Below are positions 29,116-37,489 of a stretch of DNA of 64,000 nt, piece by piece (the first letter of the stretch is position 1; each line of letters starts with the position of its first letter). Source of the DNA: Omnitrophica WOR_2 bacterium GWF2_43_52 (GTDB lineage: Bacteria; Omnitrophota; Gorgyraeia; Gygaellales; UBA12090). The stretch is from positions 120,429-184,428 of the forward strand of contig MHGF01000003.1 in assembly GCA_001805445.1 (NCBI GenBank). The letters are read 5' to 3'. The position numbers were made by a program, and so were the translations under genes. Under the pieces are notes generated by a model, which was not told where the DNA came from, did not search any database, and saw only the letters and a program-made list of their open reading frames with translations.

Positions 29116-29655
29116 ATGAGCAGTGTTACTATGCATCGATTAGTGTCCAACGTTTGTTTAGGATTATCCGCGGCACTTTTACTCAGTGGGTGTGTTGTAC
29201 GAACCTACTCAGTCGCTAAAGACAGGGTAGATCAAGAACTCACCGGCAACCAAGGATATCTTTCCGGGAGTGCCCCTCAAGATACGCAACAGGCGAAAAA
29301 ATTCACCCAACGCACGACTAAAGTCGTTGAAATCGAGCTGCGAAGCCCGATTAAATTCGAAAGGTTAAAAAAATCACCTGAATCAATGGACGAACCAACG
29401 TCAGGGGCTCAAAGAAACAAGGATCTTGGCTCAATACAGGTAGAAACCTCGGCGCCTATCCCAGAGGAAGAAATAACGTCAACTCCTGAATTTGAAACCT
29501 ACATAGTTCAAAAGGACGATACGTTACAAAAAATTTCAGAAAAAATATACGGAACCACAAAAAAATGGAAGGAGATATTTGAGGCTAACCAGGATACCTT
29601 AAAATCTCCTGACAAAATCCGCCCGGGAAAAGAGCTAAGGATACCCAAAAATTAA
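29116..29655 (+). CDS. LysM-domain lipoprotein
   Basis: Signal peptide with lipobox LLSGC. C-terminal LysM (YIVQKDDTLQKISEKIYG...). Confidence 0.7.
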   Translation: MSSVTMHRLVSNVCLGLSAALLLSGCVVRTYSVAKDRVDQELTGNQGYLSGSAPQDTQQAKKFTQRTTKVVEIELRSPIKFERLKKSPESMDEPTSGAQRNKDLGSIQVETSAPIPEEEITSTPEFETYIVQKDDTLQKISEKIYGTTKKWKEIFEANQDTLKSPDKIRPGKELRIPKN

Positions 29656-29719
29656 CGGCCTTGACAATAAACCTGCGCGGCTTACCTTCATGCGCCGATA
29701 AGGGACAACCTATCGATAT

Positions 29720-30697
29720 ATGGAAAAAACGCTCATATTAAAAAATTCCTCTGAGGCACACGGCCTCTTAGGGACACGGGACGAACATATTCCTCTGCTT
29801 GAAAATTCTTTCAGGATAAAAATACTCTTGCGGGGAGAAACCCTAAGAGTTACCGGCGGCGCGAAAAACCTCAAAGCGGCGTTTCTGTTAATAGAGCATC
29901 TGCTATCTGACATTCGCTCGGGAAGGCTCATCGCGAAGGAAGAACTCCACAATCTGATTTATTCCTTTAAAAATAAAAAAACTACGATAGATGATAAAGA
30001 TGAAACTAAAAAAATACCCCCCAAAGAACAGGTAGATATAGGATTTTCTTTTAAGGGAAAAAGTATAGGGCCGCGAGGCCCCGCTCAACGCAACTACCTT
30101 CAGGCAATCAAGGACTATGACATAGTCTTCGCGATAGGGCCTGCCGGCACAGGCAAGACATACCTAGCAATGGCAATGGCTGTTGAAGCCTTACGCAAAG
30201 GCTATGTGCGCAGAATCATCCTTACCCGTCCCGCGATTGAAGCCGGCGAATCATTAGGATATCTTCCCGGAACACTGTATGAAAAAATACTGCCGTATCT
30301 CCGGCCGCTCTATGACGCCCTCTACGATATGATGGAGGCAGAACAAATAGAAAAATACATTGAAATGGGGACTATTGAGGTTGCCCCTCTGGCATATATG
30401 CGGGGAAGGACACTCAATGATGCCTTTGTTATACTCGATGAAGCGCAAAACTGCACGGTAGAGCAATTAAAGATGTTTCTTACCCGGCTAGGATTTGATT
30501 CAAAGACCGTGATCACCGGAGATCTTACCCAAAGCGACCTGCCCGGCGGTAAGCCTGTAGGATTATTCCTAGCACTTGATATATTAAAAGCCATTAAAGG
30601 GATACAATGTATCAGCTTTAGCGGTAAGGATGTCGTCAGGCATGAACTTGTCCAGAGGATAATCGCAGCCTATGAAAAATTATCAACAGCACGCTAA
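29720..30697 (+). CDS. phoH: PhoH-like ATPase (PhoH/YbeZ)
   Basis: Walker A GPAGTGKT; conserved phoH-HD-ybeY neighbourhood. Confidence 0.9.
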   Translation: MEKTLILKNSSEAHGLLGTRDEHIPLLENSFRIKILLRGETLRVTGGAKNLKAAFLLIEHLLSDIRSGRLIAKEELHNLIYSFKNKKTTIDDKDETKKIPPKEQVDIGFSFKGKSIGPRGPAQRNYLQAIKDYDIVFAIGPAGTGKTYLAMAMAVEALRKGYVRRIILTRPAIEAGESLGYLPGTLYEKILPYLRPLYDALYDMMEAEQIEKYIEMGTIEVAPLAYMRGRTLNDAFVILDEAQNCTVEQLKMFLTRLGFDSKTVITGDLTQSDLPGGKPVGLFLALDILKAIKGIQCISFSGKDVVRHELVQRIIAAYEKLSTAR

Positions 30698-32093
30698 GAA
30701 TGCCCTGACGCAGCAACTCTTTCCAAAAACCGCACGTAACGTTATTTCTGCGATTTCGCCGCACCTCTCTAAGCTTTACTTTCTAGCCTTTGCTTTGCTA
30801 ATCATTCTTTTAGTGCCGCTCATCGCCTTACCATTGGCAAGCGCCTTTCTTATTATCAGTGTGGTGTTATATGTGGCATCTTCAAAAGACATGCTCCCCG
30901 CAATCAAAAAGCAAGGATATTTACTGCTGGTCCTGCTTTTTATTGTTTTCGTCATTATCAGCAAAAAATTAATTGATTACTATATCAGCACGGCATATAT
31001 CCCCGTTACCGCGCTCATACTCCTCGTCGCCATATTATATAATGACCTAAGGCTGTCTTTTGTATTCTGCGTGCTGGCATCCTGCTTCGCGGGGATTATC
31101 GCCAATAATTCTTTAGACACATGCCTCATATTTCTGATTACCGGAATCACTACCGCGCTCTTAGTCAGAAAGATACGTTCCAGAATCCGCATACTCACTG
31201 CCGGGCTTTGCGCGGGATTAGTGCAGGCTTTGCTTTTTGGGCTCATGTACCATCAAACGCTTCCGGGAATCATTGTGCCTAACTTTTTTAGCGGTATTAT
31301 CTGTGCCATAGCAGTCACGGGCATATTACCTCTGATTGAAAACTGGTTTGGAATACTGACGAATATCAGCCTTTTAGAGCTCTCAGACTTTAACCATCCG
31401 CTTCTTAGGAAAATGGTCCTTGAAACGCCGGGGACACACCTGCACAGCCTGATTGTCGGTAACCTCGCGGAGGCAGCCGCAGAAAGCATCGGCGCGAATT
31501 CTTTGCTTGCGCGTATCGGTGCCTATTACCACGATATCGGAAAACTGAGTAACCCGGAATACTTCGTAGAGAACCAAAAGGCCTCAAGCAAACATTCTCA
31601 TCTAAGCCCTTCTATGAGCAAAATGGTCATTATGAACCACATTAAGGAAGGGATTGAGCTAGCCAAGAAATACAGATTAAAGCCGGCAATTATTGATTTT
31701 ATCAGCCAACACCACGGCACAAGCTTAGTGTATTATTTCTACCGCAAAGCGATTGAGGCAGGTGAAGGGCTGGAAGAAATTCAAGAGGAGGGATTCCGCT
31801 ATCCGGGGCCGCGGCCAACCTCAAAAGAAACGGCAATCGTACTCCTGGCAGATTCCGCGGAGGCTGCCTGCAGGGTGCTTGCCGAGCCACAACCGGCAAA
31901 AATCGAAGAAATGGTCCACAAGGTAATCAATAATAAATTTATTGACGGCCAGCTTAATGACTGCGAGCTAACCTTAAAGGATCTTGAGAGAATCGCGAAA
32001 GTATTTATCCATATTTTAAGCGGATTTTATCATGGCAGGATTGAATACCCTGAACTATCAAAAAAAGAAAATCATCATAAGAAACACGGCTAA
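30672..32093 (+). CDS. 7TM-HD membrane phosphohydrolase (PgpH/YqfF-like)
   Basis: N-terminal 7-TM region followed by an HD domain (YYHDIGK). Confidence 0.8.
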   Translation: MKNYQQHAKNALTQQLFPKTARNVISAISPHLSKLYFLAFALLIILLVPLIALPLASAFLIISVVLYVASSKDMLPAIKKQGYLLLVLLFIVFVIISKKLIDYYISTAYIPVTALILLVAILYNDLRLSFVFCVLASCFAGIIANNSLDTCLIFLITGITTALLVRKIRSRIRILTAGLCAGLVQALLFGLMYHQTLPGIIVPNFFSGIICAIAVTGILPLIENWFGILTNISLLELSDFNHPLLRKMVLETPGTHLHSLIVGNLAEAAAESIGANSLLARIGAYYHDIGKLSNPEYFVENQKASSKHSHLSPSMSKMVIMNHIKEGIELAKKYRLKPAIIDFISQHHGTSLVYYFYRKAIEAGEGLEEIQEEGFRYPGPRPTSKETAIVLLADSAEAACRVLAEPQPAKIEEMVHKVINNKFIDGQLNDCELTLKDLERIAKVFIHILSGFYHGRIEYPELSKKENHHKKHG

Positions 32094-32487
32094 CCAGCGC
32101 TTACCGCTAAGCCGCGACACGATAGAAAACATCGCCGCTAAGCTTAAAATCAGCCTGCGCGGGGCTAGAAGTTTAACCTTAGGGATAAGCTTTTTAAGCG
32201 ATAAACAGATACGGCAGCTTAATAAAAAATACCTTATGCGCAACAGGCCAACAGATGTCTTGTCATTTGACTATACCGGCCAGGAAGCCGCGGATATCGC
32301 AATCTCCTTAGACACGGCAAAAAGGAATGCCAAAATTTACAGGACATCATATAAGGACGAACTCATCCTATACCTTATCCATGGATTCCTGCATCTGGCC
32401 GGCTATGACGATACCTCCCCATGGGCAAAAAGACGCATGTTCTCAAAACAAGAAACACTTTTTTATGAAATGACACGAACTCAGTAA
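32032..32487 (+). CDS. ybeY: Endoribonuclease YbeY (rRNA maturation factor)
   Basis: HGFLHLAGYDD zinc motif. The start is uncertain (ATG 32032 or TTG 32041); either overlaps the upstream gene. Confidence 0.85.
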   Translation: MAGLNTLNYQKKKIIIRNTANQRLPLSRDTIENIAAKLKISLRGARSLTLGISFLSDKQIRQLNKKYLMRNRPTDVLSFDYTGQEAADIAISLDTAKRNAKIYRTSYKDELILYLIHGFLHLAGYDDTSPWAKRRMFSKQETLFYEMTRTQ

Positions 32488-32586
32488 CAGTTCAGCTCTT
32501 GGAAGTGTCCGTCGGTGTCATTGCGGGCCGCCGAAGGCGGAGAAGCAATCTTATAAAGAGAATGCTTCCGAGGGATGAACTGTTAC
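32484..32586. mobile_element. MITE-like element copy 2 (about 103 bp, opposite orientation) with TIRs GTAACAGTTCAGC / GATGAACTGTTAC; its left TIR overlaps the ybeY stop codon
   Basis: The reverse complement aligns with copy 1 over about 90 nt, apart from an about 35-bp indel. Confidence 0.7.
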
Positions 32587-32610
32587 CGAACTCACTAATC
32601 GCTACCCATC

Positions 32611-33357
32611 ATGGCTATTCTTAAAACAGAGGCACTTATCTTAAAAACTTTCGATTTCAGGGAAACAAGCATGATTGCCCATTTCTTTTCTAAGGACTAC
32701 GGCAGGATTGACGGGATACTCAAAGGTATCCGTAAAGATCCCAAAAAATTCGCCTCGCGCCTTGAGCCTTTCTCAACGAATGAAATCGTCTTTTATCAAG
32801 CGCGTTCATCCGGGCTCCACCTGATTTCCCAATGCGACCTCATAGAAAATTTTAACCATATCCGCGCGGAATTAAAATCCATAGCTTTTTCCTCTTATCT
32901 TATTGACCTTCTCGGCCACCTTATGCCGCACGAAGAGAAGAATGAGCAGGTATACACCTTGGCAAATGCCGCCTTAAGGCACATGAATTCCGGAGCTGAC
33001 ACAGAAAAGGTAGTCCGCGTATTTATCATCAAATTTTTAAAAATAATCGGCTTCCGCCCGCGCCTTGACAGCTGCAGTATCTGCGATAAGAATATAGCAG
33101 CTATGGCGTTTTTTAATATCAAGCGAGGAGGCCTGGTATGCCCGCTCTGTGCCAGAGTTGACAATCACTCTGCCGGTGTCTTTAAAGGAACTATCGCCTC
33201 AATTCTCCATATGGAACAAAGCGGCTGGCAGGATGCCTTACGTTTGGGGCTGACAGGAAAAATCAAGGAAGAGCTCAATTACATACTCCACAATTTTATC
33301 GAATTTCACCTGCAGATTAAACCTAAATCGAGAGAGTTTATGGAGTTACTGTCCTAA
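32611..33357 (+). CDS. recO: DNA repair protein RecO
   Basis: OB-fold N-terminus plus a zinc motif CSICDK...CPLC. Confidence 0.85.
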   Translation: MAILKTEALILKTFDFRETSMIAHFFSKDYGRIDGILKGIRKDPKKFASRLEPFSTNEIVFYQARSSGLHLISQCDLIENFNHIRAELKSIAFSSYLIDLLGHLMPHEEKNEQVYTLANAALRHMNSGADTEKVVRVFIIKFLKIIGFRPRLDSCSICDKNIAAMAFFNIKRGGLVCPLCARVDNHSAGVFKGTIASILHMEQSGWQDALRLGLTGKIKEELNYILHNFIEFHLQIKPKSREFMELLS

Positions 33358-33368
33358 AGAGGTGTACT

Positions 33369-34307
33369 ATGAAAATCGCGTTCATTGGCCCAGGGGCAAT
33401 AGGCTGCCTTTTGGCAGGTTTTTTATCTAAAAGCAAAGAAGAAATCTGGCTTCTGGATAAACATCAGGCGCGGGCAAAGAAAATCAGGGAGCAAGGAATA
33501 AAAATCGAAGGGATTTCAGGCGCCTGGCAGGCAAAGGTTAACATCACTTCCGAAGCAAAGGAAATCGGCCCCTGCAACCTCATCATTATCACGGTAAAAT
33601 CCTACGACACCAAAGACGCCCTGCTTACTATAAAACCTTTATTGAGTGATACTACCTTAATTCTCACCCTGCAAAACGGCTTAGGAAACGTAGAAATTAT
33701 TTCCGAGGTAGTCGGCCAGGAAAGGGTGTTAGGAGGCATTACTAATCAAGGGGCAACAGCATTAGGCCCCGGATGGGTAAAGCACGCCGGCAAAGGAGAA
33801 ACTATTATCGGGCGCTTAGATGGAAGAATCCCCGTAGAGCTGCGCGCCCTCAGGGAGCTTTGCAACAAAGCCGGTATTGAAACCAGGATTTCAAAAGATA
33901 TAAAATCATTTTTATGGTCTAAATTAATTATCAATGTCGGTATCAATGCCCTTAGCGCTATTACCCATCTAAAAAATGGCAGGCTCATTGAGTTTGAGCC
34001 AACACGCAAGATTCTTGAAGACGCCGTAAACGAAGCAATCAGGGTAGTAAAGAGAAAACGAATAAAACTCATCTATGACGACCCTCTCTCAAAAGTAGTA
34101 GCGGTTTGCGTTGCCACCAGCAATAACATCTCCAGCATGCTGCAGGACGTCTTAAAGCAAAAACGCACCGAAATAGATTTCATTAACGGTGTGATCATCA
34201 GGCAGGCGCAGGGCTTAGGATTAGCGGTACCGGTGAATACTATCTTGACCAACCTGGTCAAAACAATAGAGTCAAGTTACGCGCTACAGATACGAACTAA
34301 CGGCTAA
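33369..34307 (+). CDS. panE: 2-dehydropantoate 2-reductase family (ApbA/PanE)
   Basis: MKIAFIGPGAIGCLLAGFL Rossmann motif; ApbA N-terminal and C-terminal domains. Confidence 0.7.
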   Translation: MKIAFIGPGAIGCLLAGFLSKSKEEIWLLDKHQARAKKIREQGIKIEGISGAWQAKVNITSEAKEIGPCNLIIITVKSYDTKDALLTIKPLLSDTTLILTLQNGLGNVEIISEVVGQERVLGGITNQGATALGPGWVKHAGKGETIIGRLDGRIPVELRALRELCNKAGIETRISKDIKSFLWSKLIINVGINALSAITHLKNGRLIEFEPTRKILEDAVNEAIRVVKRKRIKLIYDDPLSKVVAVCVATSNNISSMLQDVLKQKRTEIDFINGVIIRQAQGLGLAVPVNTILTNLVKTIESSYALQIRTNG

Positions 34308-34318
34308 TTTTTGAAACC

Positions 34319-34759
34319 ATGAAACCCCACTACCATTTCATAGCGACACTAGCCATAAGCGGCATTCTCTATGGTTACTACCGTTGCCTATCCTGCGGCG
34401 TAATATCATTTATTGCCGGATTCCTTATCGATATAGACCATGTGATTGACTATTATCTGCACCAAGGAATTAACCTAAACCTTAGGCGTTTTTTGCGTTT
34501 TTGCTACGAACACCAATTTGAATATTTAAGCGTTATCTTTCACTCATTTGAATTACTCATCTTGCTCTGGGGAGCGATTGCCGTTTTGAAGCTGGGGCCA
34601 TTTTGGATTTCTCTTGCAATCGGCATGAGCCAACATATGCTTTTTGACCTGGTTCTTAATGCTAAAGAATTAAAAACACATTATTTCTATTTCTTTTCAA
34701 TACGGGCATTAAAAGGATTTCGCGTAAAGGAATTTCTGGCTAGAGCTAAGCTAAAATAA
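34319..34759 (+). CDS. Hypothetical inner-membrane protein (possible YdjM/DUF457-like metal-dependent hydrolase)
   Basis: 4-5 TM helices with DIDHVIDYYLH. The family assignment is tentative. Confidence 0.4.
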   Translation: MKPHYHFIATLAISGILYGYYRCLSCGVISFIAGFLIDIDHVIDYYLHQGINLNLRRFLRFCYEHQFEYLSVIFHSFELLILLWGAIAVLKLGPFWISLAIGMSQHMLFDLVLNAKELKTHYFYFFSIRALKGFRVKEFLARAKLK

Positions 34760-34761
34760 CT

Positions 34762-36483
34762 ATGATTACAAGCCTTATCGCGGGAATCTTCCGTGAGATT
34801 GCTAAAATTCTGGAGCTCAAAGGAGAAAATGTCTTCAGAATCCGCGCCTATGAACGGGCAGCGCAGAATATTGAGTCTCTAAGTGAAGATATCCAAGATA
34901 TCATTAATGAAAACAGGCTCACCGAAATACCAGGGATAGGCAAGGATTTAGCGGAGAAAATCGTGGAAATCGCCACAACAGGAAAACTATCATTTTTAGA
35001 AGATATGCGGCGTTCCCTACCACCAGGAATGGTAGGCTTATTGGCCATACCCTCTGTCGGCCCTAAACACGCGAAATTGTTTTATGAAAAGCTCGGCATA
35101 AAAAATAGTGCTGAACTGGAAAAGGCCTGCCGGGAGAAAAAACTTTTGGAATTAAGCGGAATTAAAGAGAAAACCATCGAAAACATATTACAAGGCATCG
35201 CATTGGTTAAAAAAGGCAGGGAGCGCATGGATCTTGGCACGGCACTTACCGTCGCCAACGAATTTATCGCTGCTTTAAAAAATGCCACAAGAATTACTCA
35301 GCTTGCGGTCTGCGGGTCTTTACGCAGGATGAAAGAGACAATCCGCGATATTGATATCCTGGTAAGCTCCCCAAACCCTCAAAAGATAATGGAGGCGCTC
35401 GCGAAATTACCTCAGATAAAAGATAGTACCGCTCAAGGCGAAACGAAAGCGTCGGTAATTACGCAAGAAGGAACTCAGGTGGATATAAGGGTTGTCAAAG
35501 AAAAAAGCTACGGCGCGGCACTTGTTTATTTCACGGGTTCAAAGAATTTCAATATCAAGATACGCCAGCGTGCCATGAAATATGGCCTTAAGGTAAATGA
35601 ATATGGGGTATTTAGAATCAAAAACGGAAAAGAGAAATACATAAGCGGCAAAACAGAAGAGGCGGTCTTTAAAAGCTTGGGGCTCTCATATATCGAGCCC
35701 GAACTGCGTGAGGATGCGGGAGAAATCGAATTAGCAGCCACACATAGGCTTCCTCAGTTACTTACCCTCGCTGATATCAAAGGAGACTTTCATGCCCACT
35801 CACGCTATTCTGACGGCCACAACAGCATTGCCGAAATGGCGCAGTGTGCTAAAGGCTTAGGCTACGAATACATTACTATCAGCGACCACTCGCAAGGGCT
35901 TACAATAGCCAAAGGGCTAACGCTTGCGGACCTAAAAAAGAAAAAAATGGAAATAGAAAACCTGAATAAAACACTCAAGGTTTGCAAGGTGCTTTTTGGC
36001 TCAGAAGTTGATATAGATTCACAGGGAAGGCTAGATTATCCTGATACTGTTTTAGCGGATTTTGATATCGTGGTCGCGGCAATTCACACAGGGTTTAAAC
36101 AATCAAAAAAACAGATTACCAAACGGCTGCTTGCTGCCTGCAAAAATGAGTATGTTGATATTATCGCCCATCCCACAGGAAGGCTTTGGGGCACACGTGA
36201 TGCTTATGAAGCGGACTTTGACGATATTTTTAGGGCAGCCTCAGATTACGGCACAGCGCTGGAAATTAATGCCTATCCGTTACGCCTTGACTTAAATGAC
36301 ACCTATTGCCGGCAGGCCAAAAAAGCAGGCGCCAGATTAGCCATCTCTACCGATGCCCATGCGGTATCTCAGTTACAGGCGATGCATTTAGGCGTGGCAA
36401 CGGCGCGGCGCGGCTGGTTAACAAAAAACGATGTTTTAAACAGCCTCTCTTATGGTGAACTAATAAAAACCCTAAAGCATTAA
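34762..36483 (+). CDS. polX: DNA polymerase X family with C-terminal PHP phosphoesterase domain (PolX)
   Basis: HhH N-terminus, a pol-beta-like nucleotidyltransferase domain (GSLRRMKETIRDIDILV), and a PHP domain (GDFHAHSRYSDGH). Confidence 0.85.
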   Translation: MITSLIAGIFREIAKILELKGENVFRIRAYERAAQNIESLSEDIQDIINENRLTEIPGIGKDLAEKIVEIATTGKLSFLEDMRRSLPPGMVGLLAIPSVGPKHAKLFYEKLGIKNSAELEKACREKKLLELSGIKEKTIENILQGIALVKKGRERMDLGTALTVANEFIAALKNATRITQLAVCGSLRRMKETIRDIDILVSSPNPQKIMEALAKLPQIKDSTAQGETKASVITQEGTQVDIRVVKEKSYGAALVYFTGSKNFNIKIRQRAMKYGLKVNEYGVFRIKNGKEKYISGKTEEAVFKSLGLSYIEPELREDAGEIELAATHRLPQLLTLADIKGDFHAHSRYSDGHNSIAEMAQCAKGLGYEYITISDHSQGLTIAKGLTLADLKKKKMEIENLNKTLKVCKVLFGSEVDIDSQGRLDYPDTVLADFDIVVAAIHTGFKQSKKQITKRLLAACKNEYVDIIAHPTGRLWGTRDAYEADFDDIFRAASDYGTALEINAYPLRLDLNDTYCRQAKKAGARLAISTDAHAVSQLQAMHLGVATARRGWLTKNDVLNSLSYGELIKTLKH

Positions 36484-36494
36484 TACTATCAAAA

Positions 36495-36548
36495 CTAGTA
36501 CACCGTTAAATTAGTTTTTATTAGTGTGACGGTGTACTAAAAGGGGTA
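36495..36548 (+). repeat. Hairpin element, family B, copy 2, upstream of the NfnA-like gene
   Basis: CTAGTACACCGTTAAATTAGTTTTTATTAGTGTGACGGTGTACTAAAAGGGG. Confidence 0.65.
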
Positions 36549-36565
36549 TACGGAGCACTAACACA

Positions 36566-37411
36566 ATGTTTCGCATTATTAAAAAAGAAACTATGGCTCA
36601 AGGAATTACCGCGCTTACCATTACTGCCCCGGAAATAGCTGCCAAAGCAAAAGCAGGGCACTTTGTCGTTGTGGTAGCAAAAGAAAATTCAGAGCGCATC
36701 CCTTTAACCATAGCCAATACCGATAAAACAGCTGGCGACATTACCCTAATCTTTCAGGAAGTTGGTTTTTCAACCAAAGAATTAGGCTTGCTGAATGTTG
36801 GGGAGCACCTAGAACATCTCTTAGGCCCCTTAGGAACCGCGACCCATATTGAAAATTACGGAACGGTAATTTGTATCGGCGGCGGCGTGGGCATTGCCGA
36901 GGTTTGGCCAGTGGCAAAGGCTATGAAAGAAGCAGGGAACAGGGTTATCGGCATACTCGGGGCGCGTTCACGAGATTACATAATTTTGGAAGATCAATTA
37001 TCTCTGATATGCGGCGAATTATTTATTACTACCGATGACGCCTCTTACGGCAGAAAGGGGCTGGTTACCGATAGCCTCAGAGGCCTTTTACAAGCAGTAG
37101 AAAAATCAACGCATACCCAGTATCCTGAGCTCGTCTATGCCGTAGGCCCTGTGGTTATGATGAAGGCAGTCTCTGAGCTGACGAAAGAATATCATATAAA
37201 AACCATGGTAAGCCTCAATCCCATAATGCTTGATGGTACAGGGATGTGCGGTTCCTGCAGAGTAAGCGTGGCAGGCAAAGTGATGTTCGCTTGTGTTGAC
37301 GGCCCTGAGTTTGACGGCCACCTGGTAGATTTCCTTGAGCTTCAGAAACGCCTCAACTCGTTCAAAGAAAAAGAGGCTTGCTTAAATATTGCCTGTCCTA
37401 GAAAAACCTAA
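36566..37411 (+). CDS. FAD/[2Fe-2S] electron-transfer subunit of the PyrK/NfnA/SudB family
   Basis: FNR-like fold with a C-terminal Cys cluster MCGSCRVSVAGKVMFACVDGPEFDGH. Paired with the downstream GltD/NfnB-like gene. Confidence 0.7.
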   Translation: MFRIIKKETMAQGITALTITAPEIAAKAKAGHFVVVVAKENSERIPLTIANTDKTAGDITLIFQEVGFSTKELGLLNVGEHLEHLLGPLGTATHIENYGTVICIGGGVGIAEVWPVAKAMKEAGNRVIGILGARSRDYIILEDQLSLICGELFITTDDASYGRKGLVTDSLRGLLQAVEKSTHTQYPELVYAVGPVVMMKAVSELTKEYHIKTMVSLNPIMLDGTGMCGSCRVSVAGKVMFACVDGPEFDGHLVDFLELQKRLNSFKEKEACLNIACPRKT

Positions 37412-37428
37412 GATGCGATAAGTTATTC

Positions 37429-37467
37429 TCAACCCCCGAGGTGTGGTACACACCTCGGGGGTTGAGA
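37429..37467 (+). other. Perfect 18-bp-stem hairpin CTCAACCCCCGAGGTGTG-GTAC-CACACCTCGGGGGTTGAG between the NfnA-like and NfnB-PanB genes
   Basis: Read from the sequence. No trailing U-run. Confidence 0.7.
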
Positions 37468-37489
37468 TAGGTTGGAGTTGGATTTTACT

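Noticed and set aside
29116-29118. Hand-counted position of the LysM gene ATG (29115) disagrees by 1 nt with the track (29116). Similar +/-1 offsets appeared at 49566 and 49775.
   Set aside because: I cannot count bases in the formatted text with single-nucleotide reliability. Track coordinates were kept for CDS, and all hand-derived coordinates are flagged +/-1-2 nt.
32032-32093. 62-nt overlap between the HD-hydrolase gene and ybeY, suggesting a frameshift or fusion
   Set aside because: Both proteins are complete in their own frames. The ybeY start may be the TTG at 32041, or an unrecognised downstream start; the overlap is within the range seen for coupled genes. It is left as a start-site ambiguity.
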